Assembly (NCBI GenBank): GCA_951406725.2
Contig: OX597828.1
Coordinates: 48,546,001 to 48,610,000, forward strand
Direction of reading: 5' to 3'
DNA from: Octopus vulgaris
Taxonomy: Eukaryota
Length of the DNA: 64,000 nt
Made by a program: the position numbers and the translations under genes. The notes beneath the pieces were generated by a model. It did no database searches. It saw only the letters and a list, made by a program, of their open reading frames with translations, and had not been told where the DNA came from. This document shows positions 1 to 13,776 of the stretch, piece by piece; the stretch's first letter is position 1, and every line of letters starts with the position of its first letter.

Positions 1-894
1 CAAGTGATTCTTTCTGCGATAAAGATCTACTTTCAAAAATCTGCAATCGTTCATGACCTTTTGCTATACAAGAATATGTTAATTGTGCTACTCGTTTGAG
101 AAACTCTTTCAATTAAAGACCATCAATCTATTTGTTTTTCAACTTCTGTACAATGTAGAGTATACATGTTGTTTGTTCTCTATTCTAAATCAATAAAATT
201 TAACTTTTTTCTGATAATAAAGTTTTTTGAAACTATAAGACGTGCATTTTATTTTGGATCTTATCTAAATCGAAACTAACTCTCCAAAATATATGGTGGT
301 TTTACGTTCGGCAAAATAATTGACAATTAATTGTAATTAATTGCAATAACTGATTGGCCTGTATCCCAATTAAAATTAATTGATTGCTTGAAAAATGATT
401 GATTGGAAAGGTTCCAGTCAATTATTTAAATCTTTAAAGCGGTACCCCAGCATGGCCGCGGTTTCAATGATCGAAACAAGTAAAAGATAAAACATATAAT
501 GGCGAAGCTGCACCAATTTCGTATTCGCAAACAAGCAACAGAAGTAGTTTCATTATTGATTTTTGTCTGTGGATGGAAGATTACACCCAACATTGAATTC
601 CTCTCGGCATCATGGCTATTACAAAGTGCTTTCCAGAAGTTTTCAGATTTATTCAGTAGAGACGTCTATTAATTTCAAAGAACTACGAAACCAATCTCCT
701 TTAAAATAGCGCTCCAAAGAATTCGTAAACGCACCATGGGAGTCCTCCATAGTGAAACTGTCCAGGACTCTTGGCACGGCTTCTACAGCTCAGTGTCTTC
801 AAGACGGCTGTCCCCGAGGTTCTCCTTCAGTTTGGAGAACAATCAAAGGTCAAATGGAGCAAGGCGTAGACCGTAGGGAGAGTGAGGGACAGTC

Positions 895-1379
<485 letters not shown>

Positions 1380-1559
1380 CTTGATGAGTGAGGAACGGAA
1401 AGACAGAATGTCTGTATAATTGGCGAAAATTTGAGAGAAGACGCACAGACATTAGTAATATCTCGATAGGAAAATATTCAGCGCAGATAAAACGGGCCGG
1501 TTCTCCGAATATACCTAAAACGAAAATATTAACTATACATATTTGTCCACTCGCTTGTA

Positions 1560-2017
1560 CAGTTGCGGCCAAAGTGTTCAGAACGGCATTGTCTTCGTCA
1601 GAAAAGTAGGTATAATTTTTTATCAAAGTTGTTTTATATTCTATAATTTTTACAGACAATAAATACGATATTTGTTATTGTCTGAGATTTTGGTGTAATT
1701 TGAGTGGATAAAACTAAAGTTATGGATGATTTAGTGATTTATTGCAAAACCCATGGCGGCCAAAATGATCAGAACGGTTGCCTTTACTACATGTTTTAGT
1801 ATATTTAACCAGCGAACTCTAATGTTTTGAATTTGTTTACTATATCATCTATAACTTTTGTATTATCCACTCAAATTACGTCAAAATCTCAGACAATACC
1901 AGTAAATATGGTATTTATTGTCTGTGAAAATTATAGAATATAAAACAACTTTGATAATAACTTATACCTACTTTTCTGACGAAAACAATGCCGTTCTGAA
2001 CATTTTGGCCGCAACTG
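1560..2017. mobile_element. Tc1-like MITE with about 150-bp TIRs and TA target duplication
   Basis: TA|CAGTTGCGGCCAAAGTGTTCAGAACGG ... CCGTTCTGAACATTTTGGCCGCAACTG|TA. Arms 1560-1711 and 1864-2017 are reverse complements, which explains the twin MSVKIIEYKTTLI ORFs on opposite strands. Confidence 0.88.
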
Positions 2018-2152
2018 TATATTCTTGGATACAAGATAAAGCCACCGATTATATATATACGAATAAGTGGACAAACGAAAGGGGCACGCAAAACATCTTG
2101 TAGGAGAAAAATATATGTTTAATAACACTTTTTACTCAACTGGGTCAAACTG

Positions 2153-2205
<53 letters not shown>

Positions 2206-2594
2206 TATGTGTGTGTGTATATGTATGTATGTATGTATGTGTGTGTGTATGTATGTATGTATGTATGTATGTGTGTGTGTCCGGTTCTTGACTGAAGACT
2301 GAGGGTTTCGAATGTCCTGTCCGTGTTTATTGTGTCGTCTTCTAAGAGTTATACGTTCTTGTCCATGTTGTATTTTTCTACATACCTTAATATATATGTA
2401 TGTATGTATGTATATGTACGCATATATATATATATATATGGATGCACACGCGCGCACACATACACGCACGCATACAAGCGTGTTTTTACATATTGCGTGT
2501 GTGTATAAACATGTATTTGAATTTAAGCATACGACCCGCTTCAGTTATTCCCCTTCGCACAGTTTCTGCTTATGTACGTATGTATATATGTGTT

Positions 2595-2630
<36 letters not shown>

Positions 2631-2641
2631 TATATGTGTGT

Positions 2642-2674
<33 letters not shown>

Positions 2675-2942
2675 CTAGTATATATATATATATTTATATA
2701 TATTTTATACAAATATATAAACTATGTACCGACATTCACATAAAGACATACATATCTATATCTGTATCCCTCTCTCGCTTCCTCTCTCTCTCTCTACACA
2801 CACATACACACACTCATACGTACATACATATATATATGTGTGCGTGATAGCGCAAAAAATATGACATACATACATGGATACATACATACATGCAAAAAAT
2901 ATATATAAATTTTTTTATATATATATATGACTCATCGTATAT

Positions 2943-2979
<37 letters not shown>

Positions 2980-3029
2980 TATATGTATAAAATGCAAACG
3001 TTACGTACAAATATATGTTATTTAAAGCG

Positions 3030-3423
3030 TAACTCATTAGACGTAGAAAGCCATTTCTGTTTTGGTGTCTTGAAGCCATGAAGTCGTTGTTCTAAAAGAA
3101 CACTGGTCTCCTTGACAACGCATTACGACGTTGATTTCCTTACACTCCCTTCCCCACAGGTGTAGATGTGAGCGTGGACGCCAACTCCGCCGCCATCGAC
3201 ACACGAAAAATTATGCATTAAAATGGAATAAAAAATGATGTTAAATTATTTTTAAAATCGTAGACTCATCGTAGACGCGCGCTAATATTCAGACGGGCTC
3301 GATATGAATCACGACTATAAGCTACCCGAATTTGGTTAAACTGTACCGCAAAATGTGGGAGTAGTTAGGAATCTAAATCGAAGGGGACAGACACTCACAC
3401 AACTACAGTTTTATATATATAGA
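3030..3423 (-). mobile_element. Helitron 5' portion (3' end not found)
   Basis: 3215-3423 is the reverse complement of 33328-33535 and starts A|TCTATATATATAAAAC. The left boundary is uncertain. Confidence 0.65.
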
Positions 3424-4017
3424 TATACATAGCGCAGTAGTCGGTGGGACGAGTCTTATGTAACTTAATACCGTCAGATGTCTATATATCGCCATATTAC
3501 TTCAGCCAGCAGACGAATTCCAACAAACGCCATGTTGCCTTGCTTTTTTTTTTCCATTCATTTTCATATAATGCCCTACATTTTCCTTTCTTTTCTTTTT
3601 ATATTTTTAAGTAATGTGTGGTGGAGCATGGTGATATGTGGTTGCATTTTTTTGCTTTCGTTATTCAATCCCAGGCCGGTTCTAGCGTTCCAGATGCGAA
3701 CATCGCATCTATTTTTGTATTTAAGACAGAGGCCATTAATTTTTATTTTTTAAAGGATAAAGTGCGATATGAAAGAAGTCGACTGCCATTTCTAGCGGAT
3801 CTGATGACCACCACGCCAAAAGTTTCTACTGCTTTTGACTGCTCTTGTCGATGAGTGGTTAATGAAATGAGGGTAATTAGCTCAAATATGTCTTTTGATT
3901 ACAGTACCCCATGAAGGCTTTCCTTTTTGCTTTTTCATAAATAAAATACTACGACGAACTGGCATTTCGTTCAGGGTGAATGTTTGCGTAGCCAGCAGCG
4001 TGGCATCATATATATGA

Positions 4018-4181
4018 TGGCGCAGGAGAGGCTGTGTGGCAAGTAGCTTGCTAACCAACCACATGGTTCTGGGTTCAGTCCCACTGCGTGGCATCTTGGG
4101 CAAGTGTCTTCTGCTATAGCCCCGGGCCGACCAAAGCCTTGTGAGTGGATTTGGTAGACAGAAACTGAAAGAAGCCTGTCG

Positions 4182-4265
<84 letters not shown>

Positions 4266-4459
4266 TCCCCTTAGCATTGCTTGACAACCGATGCTGGTGT
4301 GTTTACGTCCCCGTCACTTAGCGGTTCGGCAAAAGAGACCGATAGAATAAGTACTGGGCTTACAAAGAATAAGTCCCGGGGTCGATTTGCTCGACTAAAG
4401 GCGGTGCTCCAGCATGGCCGCAGTCAAATGACTGAAACAAGTAAAAGAGTAAAAGAGTA

Positions 4460-4460
<1 letters not shown>
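4018..4460 (+). mobile_element. SINE family A, full length
   Basis: GGCGCAGGAG.GGCTGTGTGG ... GACTGAAACAAGTAAAAGAGTAAAAGAGTAA. Confidence 0.9.
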
Positions 4461-4500
<40 letters not shown>

Positions 4501-4717
4501 CTATAATCTGTTTTCTAATGTCTTTTCTTTTTAAATTTTAGCCCACGGACCCAGCCATTCTCTACAACACCGTATCAAGTTTATAACCATGTTTTTCGTT
4601 GTTTTATTTTTTATTTTCGATCATTGTGTAAGGAAGTCACAACTTGTTTTTTTGAGAAATTAATAACAAACATGATTCAAGATCTTTAAGGAAGAAAATG
4701 CAATGTAAGTTTGCGAT

Positions 4718-5095
4718 ACCCTACAAACCTTAATCCTAAATTCTAAAAGCTAAGCTTAAACCCTAACCCTAACCTTAAACACTAACCCTAACTCTCTTAC
4801 CCTACACCCTAACCCCAACCCCCAACCCTAACGCTAAACCTAACCCTAACCCCCTAACCCTAACCCTAACCCCCTAACCCTAAACCTTAACCCTAAACCC
4901 TAACCTCCAATTCTAAAACTTAATCTTTAGCCTAAACTTAAATCCTAAACCTTAACCTAAAGACTAAATCTAAATGCTGACCCCAAACGCTAACCTAGAG
5001 TCTAAACTTAACCTCTAACCCCTAATTATAAATCGTAACACAAAACCCTAACCCTAACCTTAAGCCCTGAACCTAAAAATAAACCTTAATCTTAA
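4718..5095. repeat. Degenerate interstitial telomere-like (CCCTAA)n
   Basis: Runs of AACCCT/CCCTAA, best conserved at 4760-4900. Confidence 0.8.
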
Positions 5096-5494
5096 TGTTT
5101 GCTTTTTATTTTATTAAAAAAATTAAAAACACATGGAATACTCCGCTTGTAAGTAATAATTGCTAATTCTAATTTGTCAATAATGGGAGATTCTGATTGG
5201 CTGCAATTACAAAAGAAAATTCAATCGTTAAAGGTTTATAATTAATGTGTCCAAAATAGAAAAAAATAATTTTCGAAATTTGCAGACAAAACCACATCAG
5301 TGTAGAAAATTTATTAAATAATCGTCTTCTATAAGTGAAACAGAGAAAAGGCAAGATTATATGTTATTGAAATATATACCGCATCTGTGAAAAGCAATGC
5401 GAAATATGATACAGTGGTCATGGCAGGAGTGCCTTATGATGAAAGCGCTACTCGATGAAGTTTGACTCGGGGTTGAACAACAACAATAATATAA

Positions 5495-5745
5495 GATATT
5501 CAGCGTGACACAGAAAGTGACAAGGCCGGCCCTTTGAAATACAGGTACAACAGAAACAGGAAGTAAGAGTGAGAAAGAGTTGTGGTGAAAGAGTACAGCA
5601 GGGATCACCACCATCCCCTGCCGGAGGTCGTGGAGCTTTAGGTGTTTTCGCTCAATAAACACTCACAACGCCCGGTCTGGGAATCGAAACCGCGATCCTA
5701 TGACCGCGAGTCCGCTGCCCTAACCACTGGGCCATTGCGCCTCCG
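5495..5745 (-). mobile_element. SINE family C, 3'-truncated
   Basis: Reverse complement of 60251-60503. Confidence 0.85.
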
Positions 5746-5834
5746 CACAGCAGCAATAATAGCCAAGCAATACTAATATTTGCACACCAAGAACAAGATG
5801 AAGTAGGAAAAGAGAAAATTTTAATAATAATCAT

Positions 5835-6299
5835 TTCTACTATAGACACAAGGCCTAACATTTGGAGGAAGGGATTAAACCTATTATATCGACCCCAGTG
5901 TCTCACTGGTACTTATTTAATCAACCTCGAAAGGATGGAGAGGAGAATAGTCGATTACATCTACTCCAGTACTCAACTGGTACTTAATTTATCGACCCCG
6001 AAACGATGAAAGGCAAAGTCGACCCCGTTGGCATTTGAACTCAGAACGCAAAGTCGGACGAAATACCTATTTCTTTACTACCCACAAGGGGCTACACACA
6101 GAGGGGACAAACAAGGACAGACAAACGGATTAAGTCGATTACATTGACCCCCAGTGCGTAACTGGTACATAATTTATCGACCCCGAAACGATGAAAGGCA
6201 AAGTCGACCTCGGCGGAATTTGAACTCAGAACGTAACGGCAGACGAAATACGGCTACGCATTTCGCCCGGCGTGCTAACGATTCTGCCAGCTGCCGCCT
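5835..6299 (-). mobile_element. SINE family B tandem composite
   Basis: Head GGCGGC(G)AGCTGGCAGAA, B-box GAGTTCAAATTCC, core GCCTTTCATCCTTTCGGGGTCGATAAATTAAGTACCAG (resembles, from memory, the Meta/MESC SINE domain). A full unit followed by partial units. Confidence 0.85.
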
Positions 6300-6569
6300 C
6301 AATAATGATGATGATGATGATGATGATGACGATAAGTGAACATGATCAAAATAAAAAAGGAAAAGAAAGTATAAAGCTGAGAGGAATGCAAACACTAGAA
6401 CTAAAAAAAAAGCAATAAAGAAGGTTAAAAAAAAAAAATATATATAAATAATGTGTGGCACATCAGGGATGGGTGGGGGAGTATGAAAAGGGTGTGGTGA
6501 GAGAAAAACTATTTCTGAGTGTCTCAGAAATTATGATGGTCTCAGTCAAACGATCTATCTACCTATCTA

Positions 6570-6663
<94 letters not shown>

Positions 6664-6666
<3 letters not shown>

Positions 6667-6876
6667 GGCAGAAACGTTAGCACGCCGGGCGAAATGCTCA
6701 GCAGTATTTCGTCTGTCGTTACGTTCTGGGTTCAAACACCGACTTTGCCTTTCATCCTTTCGAGGTCGATAAATAAAGTACCAGTTGTGCACTGAGGTCG
6801 ATGTAGTTGACTTAATCCCTTTGTCTGTCTTTGTTTGTCCCCTCTATGTTTAGCCCCTTGTGGGCAATAAAGAAAT
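6664..6876 (+). mobile_element. SINE family B
   Basis: CTGGCAGAAACGTTAGCACGCCGGGCG ... CCCCTTGTGGGCAATAAAGAAATA. Confidence 0.85.
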
Positions 6877-7139
6877 ATATATATATATATCTAAACATAA
6901 GGGAGAGGTAAACGGCTGTTATGTTTATGATAGATATCTCGTCGTTGAGAATAAGTGAGGGTCCTACTGTAAAATAAAAAGTTAAGTGATTGCTAATGAA
7001 GCTTTAAGATTGCTTGAAACGTCGTCTTCCCGTTGGTCCCTCTTTAACTGTCCTCGTAGTATTGGCCCAATCATATAGTATTGACATCCGGTTACAGCCG
7101 ATTTGACAGCCGAAACCATTTACAATAATCTCTCTCTCA

Positions 7140-7225
<86 letters not shown>

Positions 7226-7228
<3 letters not shown>

Positions 7229-7797
7229 TTTCTCCATCTTCCCTTTCCTTTTTCTATGTTTCTGACGAAGAGCTCTGCTCGAAACGTTAAATCATCCTTC
7301 TTTCTTTCCTTTCCTGAGCGTCCAATAACACTATATTTGTTCCACATCCTCGCGTTGTTCTGTTTTCTCTTTGTTCATGTTTGGATTAACTATATGTACC
7401 GCACGCTCACACGGACCCCGGCTTTCTGACTGACTTGGATAACCAATTGCTGGATTTTTACACCTACGGATTACTGCTACCATTCATCCGGAGTACGCCA
7501 TTGTAATCGTGATTGGAAATCATCAAAAATTTGTCCGTGACTCTTCCAGTTTTTCTCGTCCGCTTTTTACCTTTCTTCTTTCTCCTACTTGACCACGTGT
7601 GTATCGTTGGCGATTTTCTTTCTCCATCTTCCCTTCCTTGAACCTTTCCTTTTTCTATGTTTCTGACGAAGAGCTCCGCTTGAAACGTTAAATCCTCCTA
7701 CTTTCTTTCCTTTCCTGAGCGTCCAATAAAACTATACTTGTACCACGTCCTCGCGTTGTTGTGCTTTTCTTGCATGCTCATGTTTGGATTAACTATA
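7226..7797 (+). mobile_element. Tandem pseudo-LTR-like repeat pair, each with a minimal hammerhead motif
   Basis: Direct repeats 7226-7394 and 7616-7797, each containing GTTT-CTGACGA-A-GAGC-(3 nt)-GCT(C/T)-GAAACGTT-AAAT. Confidence 0.65.
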
Positions 7798-7806
7798 TAT
7801 ATATAG

Positions 7807-7837
<31 letters not shown>

Positions 7838-8202
7838 TGTATGTATGTATGTATGTATGTATGTATGTATGCATGTATGTATGTATGTATGTATGTGTTT
7901 GTGTGTGTATATTTATAAATGCACACATATATACACATACACGCACACACGCATACATAGATACACGTATTATTATCCAAAATGGAGACGAGTACCAACG
8001 TTCCTATGTAGAAGCTTGATAATTGTTGAGAGGGTTACTACATGAAACCATTGGTAGCCTTGTTAATTCAGAAATAAAGAATGTTTATCCATCAATGCGG
8101 GTCACTCATTCTTAATGTTCGATATTAACGTATATACATACATGCATACATACATACATACATACATACATACATACATACATACATACATACATACATA
8201 CA

Positions 8203-8415
8203 TAGTTAATCCAAACATGAAAACACAAAGAGAAAACACAACAACGCGAGGGCGTGGAACAAATATAGTATCATTGGACGCTCAGGAAGGAAGGAAGGGA
8301 AGAAGGAGGGTTTAACGTTTCGAGCGGAGCTCTTCGTCGGAAACATAGGAGAAGGAAAGATCCAGAGAAGGGAAGACAGAGGAAAAAAAAATCGCCAACG
8401 GTGCACACGCGGTCA
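8203..8415 (-). mobile_element. Inverted third copy of the hammerhead-bearing repeat
   Basis: Reverse complement of about 7590-7795; core GTTT-CCGACGA-A-GAGCTCCGCTC-GAAACGTT-AAAC. Confidence 0.65.
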
Positions 8416-8639
8416 CATACATACATACATACATACATACATACTTACATACTTACATACATACATACTTACATACATAAATACATACATACATACAAAC
8501 ATACATACTTACATACATAAATACATACATACATATATACATACATACATACATACATACATACATACATACATAATACATACATACATACATACATACA
8601 TACATACATACACACACACATACATACATACATACATAC

Positions 8640-8670
<31 letters not shown>

Positions 8671-8895
8671 CATACATACATACATACATACATACATACA
8701 TACATACATACATACATACATACATACATAATACATACATACATACATACATACATACATACATACTTACATACATACATACATACTTACATACATACAT
8801 ACATACATACGTCCATACATACATACATACATACATACATACATACATACATACATACATACATACATAAATACATACATGCATACATACATACA
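8416..8895. repeat. (TACA)n microsatellite
   Basis: Direct inspection. Confidence 0.95.
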
Positions 8896-10577
8896 CACAT
8901 GTGTATGTATGTGCATAAATATTTGCATATATATTTGTACATATAAGCGTATATATCCATTTATAGACATATATACACACATATACACGCTTACATTAAG
9001 CCTATAGATTAGTTATAAGTCATATTCCAGTTCTCAGGATGCAAAAAAACACCGACGGCCGCATCAATAACATCGTCATCAACACTAGTAAGAACGTCAC
9101 CAACACCACCAACAAGAACATCAATAACAAATAAATGGACAACAAAACAACACAGCAATTTGTATTACATTCTGCAATATGGGTATAAATAGAAAACAAT
9201 GTTGAGGTGTGGTCAACGTACCCGTAACGATACGACACGCTACTAATTCAATTTCCTTTCGTCTGTTGGGATTGGGTGGGGACAAGATCGAGGGATTGGA
9301 AAGGGGTGTGTTACCCAAATATTTCAAATGATAATAAACCCACCGGCACGCACACGCGCACGCACAAACACACACATTTGCACATTCACACTCTTGTACT
9401 AACATGCCTTTATTTTACACTAGCTCACGCATTCCCACGCACACTCGCGCACACACAAACACACAGATATACACACACAAACACATACAGATGTGATCAT
9501 TCATCCAAGCACAAACTCTGACACGCAAATAAAAATAAATACGTACACAAATACATTCTATTAATGAAATGATTCGTGACAATCGAGCGAATGTTTCGTT
9601 TATCAAACGAATCGTTTGATAAGCTGTTGTAATGAGTTTGAAAAGATTAAGAGCAAACCCTTTCCTCTACGGCCAATATTTCACAACACTTCTCAAGTAA
9701 TATTTCAGGAAAATGTGGGAAGTGCTGCGCCCCACACCACCACCACTTTGTCGAAGATTTACTAAAAACATGTGCTAGAATATGTGCCACGGAAAGGAGT
9801 ACATGCGGCTGATAGTCGGAGCCCTTTATTTCTCGGTTGGCCCTAGGTAACTGTCATCCTTACTGGAGTCATTGTATTTCATTACACAGTTGAACGTTGC
9901 TGTATTTCAAACTTCTCTGTTCGTACTCGTTTATAAATTTCCGTTTCTCCCACCGTTATTCTAAGTTGTCCATGCAAAGTCCAATCATTCGCAGCGCCCC
10001 TTGAATTATAAATTCTTATTCTTGAGTGAGAGAGCAGTACATGCCATCAAAGTGACACTGGGGTAAAATATACGAAGCCCAGTATACTCATCATGACTAC
10101 CTGTCTGATAAGGGTACACCAAGCACATGCATCACAACCATATGTGCGCGACATGGTGATCTCATATCAAGATAAACAGCGCATGACCTTGCAGGTGGGG
10201 CCCAGTTAGAATTTTCTTCTCGTCGAGTAACACATCCCACTCAAAAGGTCCCTGAATAAGGATTGTTTAAGGATGTTGAATGAACCACCCATGTTTCCAA
10301 AGGTGAATTATCCAAACTTCTAAGAATTCCTTTCAACACACGGCTATGATGCTCCCCCACTACTTCTGCTTGTGGTCAGAGATGCACATAGCGTCAGCCA
10401 CTAAGGGACATGCTCAACTGGTTAAGGTCAAACAACTGACAAGCAAATCTGTGGCATTGAGCAGAATATTTGCTGTAGGCCATCTTTTATACCAAGACAA
10501 AACAATGTACATGATAACACTTCCAATCAGTTAAGATCAGGAGCCATGGGAGCCACTGTCTGGTACTGCATCAGGGC

Positions 10578-10643
<66 letters not shown>

Positions 10644-11699
10644 CATTATTATCATTATTATCTGGCTAAGGTGGTGAGCTGGCAGAACAGTTAGCGCGTC
10701 CGACAAAATGAGTCTTGCATTTTTCAACAAGTTTTACGGTTTTTCTTTGCTTTCGCCCCCTTCAGCCTCTCCAGGTTTTGACCATGAAAAAGCCTGTCCT
10801 TTCCGCCACTTTATCGTAACATCCTGAGGTCTAAATTTTTATTTTAGAACTTAGCCTTCTCTCCTTTTCCAACAAAACGGTCGTTTCGGCTTCCATTTTC
10901 TATTCGTTGGTTGGCTTCCTATCAAAAGCTTATTTAATTTGTGTTCTGTAACTATTTCTACAAGCTTTCCATTATTCATTAATAAGCTAGTTTTTATAGT
11001 CCTACTCTGGTTATTTTATAACAGCTTTCTAGTTTTCTTATATTCGTCGAAAATATATAATCTTACTAGATAAGATTTTGTGTGGTGCATTCTAAATAGC
11101 CATTATTTTAATCGCTTGCTTTTTTCATATCTAATCTTTACTGAGGTAGTATTCAGTAGAAATTATAACTATATTTTATTACTGGGACAACAAAAGTTAC
11201 TAATACCTATTATCTTTTTATTTTTGTATTCAATTTAAGTATTAATCTAATGTCGCTATAATATTCCTTCCGAATCTGTCATCAGTTTGGTATTAAACAT
11301 CTCTGCTATCACATCAGAACTTTGTATTTTTATCATTTCCTGGTGCCTTCCAGCTGTTTGCTTTCGTAACGTCTGGGTTTGTTTTTTCCTTTTCTTTTCC
11401 TGATATCCCAAGATTGCGCAGGCGCCGTTTTTCGATGTTTTTGAACAATATCTCAATCATGGGGTATCCCTTCGTTGTTCATAATCCTCCTCCTCCACCT
11501 CTTCTTCTTACTCCTCTGCCTCACCTCCCTCCCTTCCCCTCCCCCTCCTCATTCTCCTCCTCCATAAAAATTTTTCCATTCACTTTTGCTGTTGATGTAG
11601 TTGTGATTTCTGTATTATTTCTGCCATTTTACAATAAAATCGTTTCTGGCTGAGGTCGATCTATTTGTTTGGTTCAAAGAATCAGTGAGGTTTTTCAGA

Positions 11700-12022
11700 T
11701 CGAGCCGGCGGAGTCGCTAGAGCGTCTAAAGAAATGCCTTGCGGTCATTAATTTCTGCTCTTTATGTTATGAGTTCAAATCTCGCAGTAGCCAATCTGTA
11801 ATCTTTTAGGGATCGATAAAATAAAGGGTCATTCTAGTACTTCGGGTCAAACAAAGCATTTCTTCCGGCTTTCTTTTCCCTCTGAGTTCGAGTTCCACCG
11901 AGGTCGGCTTTGTCTTTTATGTTTTCGGGGTCGATAAAATAAGCACTAGTTTAACACTGAAGGTGATATAATCGACTAACTTTCCCTCCAAAATTTTAGG
12001 CCTTGTGACTATAGTAGAAAGG
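11700..12022 (+). mobile_element. Old SINE family B copies (tandem)
   Basis: Degenerate GAGTTCAAAT, CCACCGAGGTCGGCTTTG, GGGGTCGATAAAATAAGCAC. Confidence 0.6.
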
Positions 12023-12083
<61 letters not shown>

Positions 12084-12084
12084 G

Positions 12085-12710
12085 TTAGTACATGATAATT
12101 TCGTTAGCAGGTATTTTATCTTGAGGTTTAGTGACAACGAATCTTCTCAAGTCTAAAGAAATTTTCTTAAGATTCTCGCAGAATATAAGACGGCACTTTT
12201 TGGCAGGTCGACAATATGGTTTCAATTCAAATTTCTTTCAGTCTTTTAGGCAGAATTTTGGGCGTTGAGCCAAGTGCACCTATTACTGCAGGAATAATTG
12301 TGGTTTTGGTCTTCCTCAGTCTCCTCAGCTCTCTGACCAGATCCTGGTATTTCTCAATTTTTTCAATTTCTTAGGTATTGACTCTGCTATCATAGGACAT
12401 TGCTAAATCTATGATCTAACATTGTTTATTTTGTCCTCTACACTCACGTTTGGTCTTCTTGCCTCAATAGTATGGCCAGTCTTTATGGCGAAGTCTCACA
12501 AGATATTGTAATTCTCATTTCCTATCACAATCGGCTAACATCTCAATGCATTTTTTGCTTACACAATCATATACTCCTTTTGTGCTAGTATACTACATTC
12601 CTTCAAAATGTGATTGATACTCTCGTGTCCTTTCCTGCAGGTTCTGCGTTTGCTGCCTGACTGAGTTTTGTCGATCTTTGCCTTGATTAGACTTGTTCTA
12701 AGTTGCTGTT
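12085..12710 (-). mobile_element. Degenerate R4/Dong-type retrotransposon fragment
   Basis: Minus-strand translation QQLRTSLIKAKIDKTQSGSKRRTCRKGHESINHILKECSILAQKEY, homologous to the 29.4-kb copy. The 3' end abuts (TAA)n at about 12055-12082. Confidence 0.7.
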
Positions 12711-12722
12711 GTTGTTGATGAC

Positions 12723-12784
<62 letters not shown>

Positions 12785-12856
12785 CATTATTATTATTATT
12801 ATTAAATCCTTAAAAATGCTTCAGCCCGAAAGCTGCGGCCATGCTGGTGCACCACC

Positions 12857-12915
<59 letters not shown>

Positions 12916-13148
12916 CGCACCGGAAAAAATTGCTTCACAGCATTTCTTCTGTCTTTACGTCCTGAGTTTGAGTTCAAATTCTGTCCAGGAACGACTTTGC
13001 CTTTCACCCTTTCGAGGTCGTTTAAATAAGCGTTTAAATAAGCGACTTATCCACTCACCCGAAATTGTTGGCCTCGTGCCAAAATTTAAAACCATCACCA
13101 TTATCATTATTATTATCATTATCATCATCATTATTATTATTATTATTA

Positions 13149-13179
<31 letters not shown>

Positions 13180-13194
13180 CATTATTATTATTAT

Positions 13195-13540
13195 TACTCT
13201 TTTACTCGTTACTCTTTTACTTGTTTCAGTCATTTGACTGCGGCCATGCTGGAACACCGCTTTTAGTCGAGCAAATCGACCCCGGGACTTATTCTTTGTA
13301 AGCCCAGTACTTATTCGATCGGTCTCTTTTGCCGAACCGCTAAGTGACGGGGACGTAAACACACCAGCATCGGTTGTCAAGCAATGCTAGGGGGACAAAC
13401 ATAGGCACACAAACATATACACATTGGTCGGCCCGGGGCTATGGCAGAAGACACTTGCCCAAGATGCCACGCAGTGGCACTGAACCCGGAACCATGTGGT
13501 TGGTTAGCAAGCTACTTACCACACAGCCACTCCTGCGCCT
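13195..13540 (-). mobile_element. SINE family A with internal deletion
   Basis: Matches the other copies but lacks the GACGGGCTTCTTTCAG...CACAAGG segment. Confidence 0.85.
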
Positions 13541-13740
13541 ATATTATTATTATCATTATTCAGTAGTTTTATTTTTATAGCGTGCTTTCACTTCACTACC
13601 GAGCGCAGCTCTGTGTGCCTTGGGTATGTGCTGTGGTTTGTTGTGATGCTCTGATGGTTATTGTATGGAAAGTGTTCTGCGTAGGATGTGTGCAGTGCCT
13701 AGTAGTGCAATTTTCTGTATGTTATATGTGTTTGTTTTTG

Positions 13741-13776
<36 letters not shown>

